From: Hemiscyllium ocellatum
Lineage: Eukaryota
Assembly (NCBI RefSeq): GCF_020745735.1
Contig: NC_083405.1
Coordinates: 52,170,345-52,234,344 of the forward strand
Direction: 5' to 3'
DNA length: 64,000 bases
Position numbers and translations under genes: made by a program. The number at the start of each line of letters is the position of its first letter. Within the stretch, counting starts at the first letter, position 1. The notes below the pieces were generated by a model. The model had not been told where the DNA came from. It ran no database searches and saw only the letters and a list, made by a program, of their open reading frames with translations. Shown piece after piece: positions 38,720-50,360 of this stretch.

Positions 38720-39630
38720 GGTGCCATGTTTAAGAAAGGCTGTCAAAAAAAGCCACGGCACTATAGACTCGTGAGCCTGACATCAGTGGTGGATAACTTG
38801 TTGGAGAGGATTCTGAGGGACAGGATTTATTTGCATTTTGGAAAGGCAATCAGGGCAGGACCTATACACTTAATGATAAAGTCCTGGGGAGTGTTGCCAA
38901 ACAAAGAGACCTAGGCATGCAGGTGCACAGTTTCTTGAAAGTGGAGTCAGACGGATACAGAGTGATGAAGAGGGTCTTTAGCATGCTTGCCTTCATTGGT
39001 TAGAATTTAAGTATAAAAGTTGGAATGCCATGTTGCATCTGTACAGGACATTGTTGAGGCCACTTGCAAATACTGCGTACAATTCTAGTTGCCGTCTATA
39101 AGGAAGATGTTGTGAAAATTGCAAGAGTTTAGAAAGGATTTGCAAGGATGTTGGCTGGACTAGTGGGTTTTTAGTTACAGGGAGAGGCTGAATAGACTGG
39201 GACCTTTGTCCTTGAGCCATCAGAAGCTGAGGGGGGACCTTATTGATGTTTAAGAAATCATGAAGGGCATGGATAGTTTGAATAGCCAAGGTCTTTTTCC
39301 TAGAGTGAGGACATCCAAACCTCGAGGGCATAGGATTAAGGTGAAAGGAGAAAGATATAAAAAGGACTTAACAGAAAACTTTTTCACAGAGGGTGGTGCA
39401 TGTATGGAATGAGCTGCCAGATGATGTGGTGGAGGCTGGTACAGTTACAACATTTAACAGGCATCTGGATGGGTTGAATTTTGCATAGGAAGAATTTTGG
39501 AGGGATATGGGCCAAATGCTGGCAAATGGGACTAGGTCAGTTTGGGCTGTCTGGTCAGTATGGACGAGTTGGACCTCAGGATCAGTTTTCATGGGGCTGT
39601 ATAATTCTAGGACTGTATGAGACTATGACT
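38720..39630 (+). mobile_element. CR1 LINE fragment with the RT core deleted
   Basis: FKKGCQKKPRHYRLVSLTSVV..LLERILRDRIY joined directly to LHFGKA; 3' tail near 39600-39630. Confidence 0.88.
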
Positions 39631-40030
39631 GACTAAAATCCATGTTGACAATTGATTGGTTTACTTTTCATTGAATCATTCAAACTTGATGGTAGTTCTA
39701 CACAAATAGTTCTGGCCATAACTTTTTCGCTAAGATCACATTTTATTGCTAGTAGTTAATAATAAAAATTGGCTGCAATCCATTTATGTCAGGTCCTGGC
39801 TTACATGGGCCTTAGCAAAGTTCATTGGCATTCTCAGTGGCAAGATCTGGGAAGCAAACAGACATAATGCAGCATAACCTGGAATAGGCAATGGAACTGC
39901 AAACATCAACTTTAATTTGGAGGAAGCCATGGGGAAACAATCTGATATTCTTTCTAATATGGCATAAGAAATAGGAGCAGGAGTAGGCTGTACACTTCAC
40001 CATTTAACATGGTCACAGGTTTATCATTGA

Positions 40031-40723
40031 CTGGAGGCAGGGCATTGGGGCGTTGGACCTTTTGGGATGGTGGTGCCAGCAGGGTGGCCGGAGCTGGACT
40101 CTTAGCCAGATGACAGCAGCAGCCTGGTCTGACGATGGGATCAGGGACTCCTGTGTGTGGTAGGTGCAGCACAGGGACTCCCGAGGAGTTGGCAGCAGCA
40201 TGGTATGCCCAGAGCTGGGATTCCCGGCATCCTTGGGGCAGCAGTGGAGCAGGGGACTCCTGGTTGCGAAGCCAATGTGGATTCAGCACGGGACCCTGCA
40301 TCAGATGTAGCACAGGTGAGGTGGGCCCAATGACAAAGAGAAGGCACTAAAGGGTGGAGACACCTACGTTTGTGGTTCTTAGACAGAAGCGAGACAGTGG
40401 AGATGGGGTGGTAGCATAGATGTCATTGGTGAGCCGGCTCAGGGCTCAGGATTCTCCTTCAGATAAATCTTTTATCATTTTTATTTTTAAACTGTTCTCC
40501 TTCATGGAGTCAGAGAGTTATCCAGCACAGAACCAGACCCTTCAATCTAACTATCCAATGCCAAACATAATCCCAAACCTAACTCAGTTATATCTTTTAT
40601 TCTTAGACTATTCAAAATGACGCCAGATTGTTGTTGCTGCTGAAACTTTTCACTGTATTTTACTGTATTATTCACAGCAAAAATGCAAGTGACAATAAAT
40701 AATTAAATCATTAAAAATAAATA
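40031..40723 (+). mobile_element. ORF-less composite retroposon (copy B) with a nested short CR1 3' end at about 40503-40585
   Basis: GC-rich GGGACTCC repeats; tail CTTTTCACTGTATTTTACTGTATTATTCAC...AAAATGCAAGTGACAATAAATAATT nearly identical to the reverse complement of 48247-48306; possible TSD TATCATT(G/A)A at 40022-40030 and 40724-40732. Confidence 0.7.
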
Positions 40724-41059
40724 TATCATTAATAACAGGATGGGCTCAATTTCAGTTCAATCTAAAGTTACCATTCAGGATTTCCCTTCTCAACCTTTCG
40801 TCCTGCTGAGGCGTTGTAACTCTCACATTAAACAATTAGCATTATCTCTCCAATGGAAGACAATTCAATGGTTTGTTAGGACTATGCTGTAGTGACTTCA
40901 CTATATAGAATAAATACTCAACCAGTTTATTTTGGCATTTGTAATGTAACTGCTCCACAAAGCTAATAAACTATGGGTGAATATGGGCAGAGTTTCAGTA
41001 TGTTGTAAAGTGAAAGGTGGATAAATACACATAACTAACCTTGACCAGTTTGCAATACG

Positions 41060-41138
41060 GGATTCTCCTTCAGAGAAATCTTTTATGATTTTTATTTTTA
41101 AACTGTTCTCCTTCATGGAGTCAGAGAGTTATCCAGCA
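41060..41138 (+). repeat. 79-bp local duplication of 40449-40527
   Basis: Direct repeat with 2 mismatches, 611 bp apart, abutting the 5' end of a SINE. Confidence 0.93.
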
Positions 41139-41139
41139 T

Positions 41140-41442
41140 GGGTGGCACGGCAGCACAGTGGTTAGCACTGCTGCCTCACAGCGCCAGAGACCTGGGTTCA
41201 ATTCCCGCATCAGGCGACTGACTGTGTGGAGTTTGCACATTCTCCCCGTGTCTGCGTGGGTGTGCTCCGGTTTCCTCCCACAGTCCAAAAATGTGCAGGT
41301 TAGGTGAATTGGCCACGCTAAATTGCCTGTAGTGTTAGATGTAGGGGAATGGGTCTGGGTAGGTGCGCTTCAGCGGGTTGGTGTGGACTTGTTGGGCCGA
41401 AGGGCCTCTTTCCACACTGTAGGTAATCTAATCTAATCTTAA
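41140..41442 (+). mobile_element. tRNA-derived SINE (HE1/V-SINE-like)
   Basis: Same head and body as 25634-25944; (TAATC)n tail. Confidence 0.92.
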
Positions 41443-42149
41443 TTTAGGTGCTTTACCCAGCAAGATAGTCAAATCCAACCCAACTTTACTGAATAATATA
41501 TCAAGGAAAAACAATACTAATCAGATTCTACTATTGTATTCGAATTAAACTCCCTCAAACTCTATTAGTCTTTTTTACAGGACTCTTCAGAAAACATAGT
41601 CTTAAATCTCCAAGTAAGCAATCTCAGGTATACACTAGGTCTCCAGACTTCTAACATGCACTCCCAAGGATTCGCTACAACCTATCCACAGGTCCCTATG
41701 GCTGAATCGAACTGTTTGAACTGTTTGTCTGAAAGAAGCAGCAATTCACTTTCACTAAGGCTGGAACAGGGTGTTACTTGATCTTTGGGGGTTGGCTAAT
41801 GTTTCAGGATCTGCAGTCACTGATTTGTTCTTTCCTTTTCATCTAGGGTCGTTTCTTGTCATTTCACTGAGGTGATGTCTCGGGGTCTGGTCAGTCTGAT
41901 GAAGCTCACGACAAGGTACAAGGAGCTAGAGATGCTTTTGAAGGTGCTGGGCTTCAGGTTGCTTCTTTTATCCTACTCTTCACCACTTTCTCAAAGGTTC
42001 TATGTCCAATTCTCACATCGGGCAGGGGCAGGAAGATCCAATGAGGTGACTGCTTTCCTTATTTAAAGATCATCTGGTTTTGAACCTTGACTTCAGTCCC
42101 TGTCATGTGGCCCCTCTTGCTTCCTATGAGTTTGGTGCCTTCAAGTTTG

Positions 42150-43015
42150 CATTAATATAGACAGAGTGATTAAAAGGTCATTTGGCATGCTTGCCTCCTT
42201 TGCTCAATCCTGTGAGTATAGGAGTTGGGATATTATGTTGAGGTTGTAGAGGACGTTGGTGATCGTTGGTTCTGGAATACAGGCCGTTCTGGTATAATTT
42301 AGTTTTCGTTACCATGAGTTGTCTATAACACGATTAACGAATTGGGGATGCTGTTTGGATAACGTGAGCTTTCTACTGAATGGGTATAGTGATTTACTTC
42401 AGCACGATTTTCTATAGTGGTTTTCCATAGCATAACTTTCTCTAATACAACTGTCACATTATAGCAGAATGACCTGTAATTTGTCCAGTTCTGATCATCC
42501 AATTATAAGAAGGATTTTATTGAGTTGGAGAGGGTTCAGAAGAGATTTACCAGGATGTTGCTGGGTGTGGAAGGTCTGATTTATAAGTTCTGGATAGGCT
42601 GGGCCTTTTCTCACTAGAGCATAGGAGATTGAGAATCGACCTTATAGAAATGTATAAAATAATGAGAGGTATAGATAGAATTAATGATAGTTATTTATTT
42701 TTCCTAGAATTGGGAATTGCAAGACTAAGGGGTACGTTGTTAAGGTGAGAGAAGAGAGATTTTAAAAAGACATGAGGGGCAAATTCTTTTATACAAAGTG
42801 TGGTTTGCATGTGGAGTGAACTTCCTGAGAAAGTGCTGGATGTGGGTAAAATTGCAACATTTAAAAAACATTTGGATAAGTACATGAATAGGAAAAGTTT
42901 AGAGGGATATAGACAGGAGCAGAAAGGTAGGACTAATTTAGTTTGCAATTATAGTCAGAATGGATTAGTTGGGCTGAAGGGTCTGTATCTGTGCTGTGTG
43001 ACTCTACGGCTCTAA
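42150..43015 (+). mobile_element. CR1 3' fragment interrupted by a MITE
   Basis: ORF 42800-43015 WSELPEKVLDVGKIATFKKHLDKYMNRK; LEY/VQF motif split by the insertion at 42280-42476. Confidence 0.88.
42280..42476. mobile_element. 197-bp MITE, Tc1/mariner (pogo/Tigger-like)
   Basis: TIRs CAGGCCGTTCTGGTATAAT / ATTATAGCAGAATGACCTG (3 mismatches in 19); TA on both sides (42278-42279, 42477-42478). Confidence 0.85.
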
Positions 43016-45004
43016 GTCTGTGTAATATTCTTCATCCAAGCAGCTTCACTGGAAGTGGAACCAAAGGTTCATTCTGAAATAATATTATCATTAGTAACTG
43101 ACCAGGCAGTTCTGGGCCTGTCTGGTTTCGACAGGAAGTTGACTCTCCAAGGCCTGGCTGCAGGAATACTGCCTGTTGCAGCTTGGCAGTTTACAAATTG
43201 CAGAATTCCACATTTCAAGTTTTCATCCATGCTCATGGAAAGATCTCAATATTCCTGTGAAATCCTGGAGTTCATGGGTCTCCTGACTTCAAACAGGAAC
43301 CATTTCTTCTAAATGATACGACTACATCCTGCTACGTACTGAAAAAAAAAGCCTGGTTTGTACCTTGCAAACAAAAACACCACAAAAAGAAGATATCTTT
43401 GAGAGCAGGGAGCAAACAGGAAGGTAAAGCCTCACTTGAAGTGCTCCATTTTTACAGTTATCCAAGAACGCCACTATTTGCGCATCTTGATGTCAGACTT
43501 TATTGCTGTACAATGTAGAAAGCCAGTGCCTAATGCATAGCAACAGTAAATATGCAGAAGATTGCATCACATCATTACATGATGGATCTGATAAGTGGAT
43601 CATTCATCGTTGCGAAAACATTACACAAAATCAGGAGATGTTATTCTCAAGTAAGCGTAAGTGTGGATAGATACAGTGAGAGAAATGCAAAGCTGACTGT
43701 ACTTGTAAGAAATCTCCATGCCAGCATGAGGAAACACCATTAGTTCTAGTTTAGACAACAAAGCCTTTTGAAATTATAGCCAGGGGCATTGTTGGCCCAT
43801 TGCCTTTATCAAAGAAAGGAAATTATTTCACTCTGGTCTGTCGTGATTACTTTCCCAAATGGCCTGAAGCATTTGATACACCTAATAAAGAAGTTCAAAC
43901 TACAGATAGATCTGGTTAATGAACTTACCAGAAGATACTAGTGCACTGGTCATTCACACTAGTGTGGAGATTTGAGTCTTGTATCACAAGGGAATAAACT
44001 AGTTCCTAGAAAATGTAAACACAAAAAGAACAATGAGTACTACCTACAATTTGATATTTAACTTGGAAACTGCAGGATTTACTGGTTGGAAAGAGAAAAA
44101 TGTACATTTACTAGCATTCGCTATGGGCCATTGAACTAGCATTCATGCATCAATCCGTTATAAGCTTTTAGCTATCCTATGTGAGTGAGGCATAGGGGTG
44201 GTAAACAGCATCTTTTTTTAAAGTCTGTGTATTTCCCCGTGGCTCACATCAACTCATGTTGAGAATTTGAGGAAAAGATTGTGGAAAGAATTGTTTTACA
44301 ATAAGCAAATGTGCAGCAAAATAATAACTGCAAAAGACTTCTGATAAAGAGTTGGCAACACTATATGTATCTCATCTCTTCACAGATTGCAAAGCCTTGC
44401 TCCAAGATTGCAGCGATTCCTATTCTCATGCCTGAGGTGTTTGTTTTATGTTTTTGATTTGTGACGCAGTAGCCATTTACAGTGTCCTTGACTCAGTTAT
44501 ATAGCTATACATAGACTTGCTGATATGTCAAATGATGTCCATTTTTATGCATTATAACAGTCTGAAGATTTTCCACCTCTTCATCTGAGCATAATTCTAA
44601 ATTGTAGCTAATGTAGTTGAGATACTGACATAAGTAAAAGAGGAAAACATATAAATCTCTCAGTCACACATTGCTGGCGTTTTAAGCTTTCATTTATAGG
44701 TTTATAGCAAGCAACCAAGAAATCCAGATGTATAGGAAAACCAAAAGATTTTGCATGACAAATCAACAACTAAATTCTGGTAGAAATCACAGATGTTGTT
44801 AGATTTGTAGTATTATCTTCTCATTTCAAGTTTTATTTGGATTGATAATAGGATAAAGTGCTCCCTAATATTAGGCATGGAAAATATCATACTCATCATT
44901 TAAATGTAAGTAAAAACACAGTCCCTTTTGGATAAATATAAAGAAATTTCAGAGAAATTGTACAAGTTAAAACCATTGCAGTCAGATCTCTAATGTACTA
45001 TTTA

Positions 45005-45650
45005 TTTGATCTTGGGATGTGTGCATCAGTGGCTAGGCCAGAATGTATTGCCCTTTAGAAAGTGATTTTGGCTGTTTTTTTAAAATTCATTCACAGGTTG
45101 TGAATGTTGATGGCTAGGTCAGCATTTAGTGCCCATTCCTAATTACCCTTGAGAAACTGGTGTTGAGTTGCTTTATTGAATTTCTGCAGTCCTTGGAATG
45201 TTGGGATACCCACGGTTCAATTAGGAAAGGAATTCCAGGAATTTGACCTAGTAAGATTGAAGGAATAGCAATGCAGTTCCAAGTCAGGATGGTGAGTGGC
45301 TTGGAGGGGAATGTACAGGCAGTGGTGATCACATGTATCTGCTGCCTTTGTGGTGAAAGAGGTCACGGGTTTCGAAGACTCTGCTAAAGTTGGGGATTTA
45401 CTCCAGTGCAATCTTTTAGATAATCCACTGTGTGACTGTGGCAAAGGCAGTGAATGCTGAAGGTGGTAGCTGGAGTACCAATAAAGCAGTCTGCTGAGTC
45501 CTTGATGATGTCAAGTTCCTGATGTATTGATTGAAGGTGGAGAGGATTTGGGGAGTCAGGAGGGGAGTTAATCACCAGTAATCCCTATCTGCTGACCTAT
45601 GTTTTCAAGCTTAGTAATTATATGGGTGGTCCAGTTTAGTTTTGGTTATA
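45005..45650 (-). mobile_element. L2/CR1-group LINE 3' fragment
   Basis: Homologous to 34500-34895 in reverse; tail GGTAATTAGGAATGGGCACTAAATGCTG on minus. Confidence 0.75.
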
Positions 45651-45892
45651 TCTCACAGTTAGCATGTGAACAGAAATGCTCATGGTATAATCTTTGTCAT
45701 AATATGCTCCTTCAGTCTATGGAGGGTACAGATTCCAAATAACTTGAACTTCTTGAAGCAAAGTGATGGAAACATATTACTTTCTTGTGACTGAATAACT
45801 TGATATTGGTCCAAACTACAGGAGTCCCTGTGACTGCAATATCTGTATATTTCAGAATCTGTGATAAACATCTATTGCATCTTTCATTACCA

Positions 45893-46083
45893 TGATGTGG
45901 AGGTTCTGGTGTTGGGATGGGGTGGACAAAGTCAGAAGTCACATGACACCAGGTTATGGACAGAAAGGTTTATTTGAAATCATAAGCTTTCAGAGTGTAG
46001 CCCCTTAACCTGGTGAAAGATCTATGCTCTGAAAGCATCTGATTTCAAATAAACCTGTTGGATTTGAACCAGGTTATAGTGAC
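45893..46083. repeat. Fold-back (palindromic) repeat, probably PLE-derived
   Basis: Arms about 45949-46000 and 46022-46073 share exact AGGTTTATTTGAAATCA and GCTTTCAGAG in inverted orientation. Confidence 0.75.
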
Positions 46084-46422
46084 AATACAATGACCTACTT
46101 CTTTTTTTATGGGTTCTAACACAAGCATTCCCATGTCAAATACAAATTCCCTGCTGGAGACAAAATCCATACCAGACAGGCAGTTCAAATGGCCACCTCC
46201 ATGATGCTGATTGTGGGCAATTCACCATTAGTGCTGCCATTGACCATCAAATGATAATGGTCAGATTCTCAACTTGAGTCTCTGTTATCACCAGATCTCA
46301 GGTAAGGTTACCAGCTTACTCGGGTTCCAAAGCAAATACATCAAATCATGAAGCTCTAGGGTAATGAGGAATAAATTGGCTCTCCTAGGTTATTCACCCA
46401 TTCCTGGGGTGATTAGAGAAAT

Positions 46423-46519
46423 AGCTGAAAATGTGTTGCTGGTTAAAGCACAGCAGGTTAGGCAGCATCCAAGGAATAGGAAATTCGACGTTTCGGGCAT
46501 AAGCCCTTCATCAGGAATG
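46423..46519 (-). mobile_element. 97-bp mini-insertion from a Neptune-type PLE terminal repeat
   Basis: 12-bp TSD GATTAGAGAAAT (46411-46422, 46520-46531); consists of a complete hammerhead plus about 60 nt downstream. Confidence 0.93.
46483..46518 (-). ncRNA. Intact minimal type-I hammerhead ribozyme motif
   Basis: AUUC-CUGAUGA-A-GGGC(UUAU)GCCC-GAAAC-GUC-GAAU: full core, 4-bp stem I, 4-bp stem II, palindromic ACGU stem III. Activity not demonstrable from sequence. Confidence 0.88.
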
Positions 46520-47444
46520 GATTAGAGAAATGTTAATTTAATAAGAGTCTCTTTCTCCCAGACCCAAATGAACTGATATTTTGAATGAAACAATTTTGGA
46601 AGTCTTGGTTTTGCAGTTTGGTGGAAATTCTATTACTCTGATTCATTTCAACAATGATTGAATCCCAACATTCAGAGTGAGAGAGAGTTTCTCTTTGTTT
46701 ACCTGTAGTACTTGGATGTTTAAAATAGCTATTCTCGAAGCTATGGCCCTTAGAGCTCTCCAGTTCCCACACTAGAATGGCTCGCCAAAGGCTAGTGTTG
46801 TAGTCAGTTTCTTAACCCAATTTTTATATTATATTTTTATATTATTGAGAGTAAAATGTCTGCATCAGATGGTTTCATGATGAGAGGGGAGGGACAGTCA
46901 GCTCCTTCATTATCTCTTTTTGTTAAGTCCTTCCTTCTTAAAGTTTCCCTGATACTTTGCAAATGGGACATTTCATATACCTCACACAGGACTTTGCCAA
47001 ACATTCATTGAATTTACATCCATCTTTTCTCTTTCTGTAGCATTCCTTTTATTTCAAAAAAGAAACAAACACACTTTGTAAAAATTAAAAAGTAAAAGAT
47101 GTCTTTAAATACTGACTAAGTTGGATTTCTGATTCCTCATCATAAGCGCCAAACCACATCACTAGTAATTATGTAAATAAAGCTTTAACCCTCAGATATA
47201 AGCTTTCTCTTGCTGCAAGCTAAAGTTGAAGTTTCCCTAAATGTGTTATATAGTGCTTGCTGAACAGGCAAGTACTTTGGTGTGTACAATATGGAATTGA
47301 TGAACCTCTTGTTGCTTGTGCCAGTAGGAACAACCTACCCATTGTCATAGTAGTTTGTTTTGTTACTTAGACAGAAGAACATCTGAGCTAATTTCCTCTT
47401 TATCTATAAATTCATGTAAAATTTGGTTTCTAGCTCTTGGACAC

Positions 47445-47780
47445 AGAGCTCAGTGGCTCAGTGGTTAGCAGAATAGCCTCATAGTGCTAAGTTCATGGGT
47501 TTGATTCCAGCCTCAGGCGACTGTCTGAGTGGCATTTGCACATTCTCCCCATGTCTGCATGAGTTTCCTTCGGGTGCTCCGGTTTCTTCCAGTCCAAAGA
47601 TGTGTATGTTAAGTGGATTGGCCATGCTAATTTGCCCACAGTGTTCTGAATGTGTTGTGTTGGTGGATAAGCCATGGGAAATGTGGGGTTATGGGATATG
47701 GTGGGCGAGCTGGGTCTGAGTGGGATGGTCCTCAGAGTGAACTTGATAGACTGAATAGCCTCCTCCACAGAGTATGATTC
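47445..47780 (+). mobile_element. Older tRNA-derived SINE of the same family
   Basis: GTGGCTCAGTGGTTAGC head, GGTTTGATTCC B box, conserved central body, CpG-depleted. Confidence 0.85.
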
Positions 47781-48234
47781 AATACCTCAGGCCACTGTTC
47801 CATCCAGGTTCCTATCTGACTCAATGCAGGTATTGCATAGTTACCAAGAAATGCCGTTAACCTGAAGCTATTTTCTTCAGCCCCTATCTTCAAGTTTCAA
47901 CCTCTGCCCTTTAAGTACATCATTCTCTTTGTGAATTATCTCAAGGTTAAAATGTAGAATATTAAATTTCTGTTTGATTTCTGGTTTTACTTATTCTACA
48001 AGATGAATTCCACCTGTTGTATTATGGCACATGACAGATAACACATATGATGTAACATTAAGACAGTCACATGATGTGCAAATTTCAAATATAAAGGTAC
48101 TCATCTTACCTATAGTCTCTGTCTGTTTAATGGGGTCGGTTGATCAGTTAAATGCGCAATGACAACTAACATCAGTTAGCAACAACTCAGGTGAGATGCA
48201 TTGTGTTGGAACTTCATAACTAGCTGGTTTTTGA

Positions 48235-49196
48235 ACTGAATTGAATGAAATTATTTATTGTCACTTGCATTTTACAGTGAATAATACAGTAAAATACAGT
48301 GAAAAGCTTCAATTGTCACCACAGTCTGGCATTATTTTGAACAGTTTAAGAATAAACAATAAACAATATAACTGAAAGAGAGTCTATTTTTGTTCTGCCT
48401 ACCCCCCACCATGAGTCCAGAGTCGGCTCACCAACACCACCTTTGGCTCCACCACCTTGCTGCTGTCTGCGCTGAATCCACCAACGTAGGAGTCACTATC
48501 CTTTAGGCACAACTGCTTCCCCGCTAGGCCAACACTGTTGACACTGATGCCACTACCAGTGCCAGGTCCCATATTGAGCCACCACTCACCCCAAAACCAG
48601 GAGTCACCAGCTCCGGGCCACCAACAACCAGGAGCTGCCACCACCACTTCGTCAATAATCAGGAGTCTCTGGCTCTGGACTTACCATAACCAGGAGCTGC
48701 TACTGCCACTGCATTGATAACCAGAGGGTCAGTTCCAGACCTGTTGTAACTGCAACCAGGAGTCCTTACTTCTGGGCATGCCACCCTGCCACACTGCAGC
48801 TGTTGCCTTGCCAAAACCAGAGTCCTTTCTCTGGGCCTACTGCAACCAGAAGCCCCTGGCTGCATTGCTAGATCAGGCTGCCACCTCACCAAAAGTCCCT
48901 GGCGCCTTGCTGGCACCATCACATTGAAAAGTCCACTGCTGCTACCGTCTCCGATCACCGGGAGCAGCCATGTCCACTGCCAATGCTTCTGATGCCATTC
49001 AGCACACAGCTCATTCTCACTGTCAACACTAATGCCAATGCCACTGATTAATCCATCGCAAAAAGCTTTAAAGAAAAGAAAAACAAATGATAAAACAAAA
49101 GAAAATAAAGAAAAAGAGCAGAAGTAAAAAGAAAAGAAAAGAAAGAAAGCAGCCTCAAAAGTCCACTCGCAGTCCTGGTACTCTGCTGCCTTCTTG
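48235..49196 (-). mobile_element. ORF-less composite retroposon (copy C, possibly full length)
   Basis: 5' AAGAAGGCAGCAG start, T-rich tract (49065-49150), degenerate about 30/61-bp CCAGGAG repeats, tail shared with copy B. Confidence 0.7.
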
Positions 49197-49529
49197 AGAG
49201 GGTTGTAAGTAAACTTCAAGATATCTGACTCATCAGAATCTGACACTCTGGTATTTATTTCAAAAGCTGACCTATATCATAGATCATTTAACAGCATCAA
49301 AACCACTGTCTTCATTCTATAAGTGAAATTCCACAAACAACACCTCTCTAACAATGCACATCTGCTTACTCCTTTCACCCTCCAAGCAACCACTGGTTCC
49401 ACTATTTTAAACCACAGTATTCATCCATTTTTAATTTATTCACATCAATCTCACCTACTTGCTGTCTGTCTTCAAAAGTCCTAATGTTGGCTGTACTATA
49501 TCAATCAACTTCCATAGTCTCTCCATTAG

Positions 49530-50360
49530 ACCATAAGGCCTTAAGAATTAGTGAATACTCCATATGCCAACGTTTTGGCCACTTACCTAACCCACAAATA
49601 TCTCTCAGTAAAGCATTTACATGGCTCTCACAACCTACCATTCCACATATTTTTGTGTTGTCTAGAAATTTGGCTACAGTACCTTCACTGTGTTCATCCA
49701 AGTCATTAATAGTACTGTAAACAGCTTTGGGCCCCAACATTGATTCTGCGGAACCTCACTGCTCACATGTTGCCAACCCGAAAAAGAACCCTATTATTCA
49801 CACTCACTGTTTCCTATGCATTAGCCAATTCTCTATCCATGCCAATATACTACCCCTAACATGATGGGCTCTTACCTTAGATTAAGCTTTTGTGAGGTAC
49901 CTTGTTGAATGCCTTCTGGAAGTCCAAAAAACAACACCTTTATCAATTCCCCTCTATTCACTCTGGTCCATGAAAAACTCTAATAAATTAGTCACTAGCC
50001 CTTTTCATGAAACCGTATTGACTTTGATTGATTATATTATGGTTTTCTCAAATATTCTGCTATTAATTACTTAATGATTGATTCAAATACTTGTTCAATG
50101 CTAGATGTGAGGCTAATTGATCTAAACTGTTACCTATGTTTTGCCTCTCTCCCTTTTTGCACTGGCGAGTCAGATTGGCAGTTTTCCAATCCCCTGATAC
50201 CACTCTAGAATCCACGTAATGTTTGGAAAATTACAGTTAATATGTTTCCATGATCTCTGCAGGTACCTTTTGTAGGATCCTAGGATGCAATCAGTCAGGG
50301 GCAGAGGACCTTTCTGCCTTTAACCTCATTAGCTGGTCTAATACTACTTTTCTAGTGATG
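49530..50360 (-). mobile_element. Old CR1 RT fragment
   Basis: ORF 49501-49740 LGP...INDLDEHSEGTVAKFLDNTKI...KWPKRWHMEY. Confidence 0.82.

Noticed and set aside
43458-43650. Plus-strand coding exon (TTTTTACAG ... GTAAGC)
   Set aside because: Stops in all three frames; only a non-coding exon is possible and there is no further support.
48659-49246. 195-aa ORF with a hydrophobic segment
   Set aside because: The Phe-rich stretch is a translated T-tract and the rest is GC-rich repeat of the composite retroposon.
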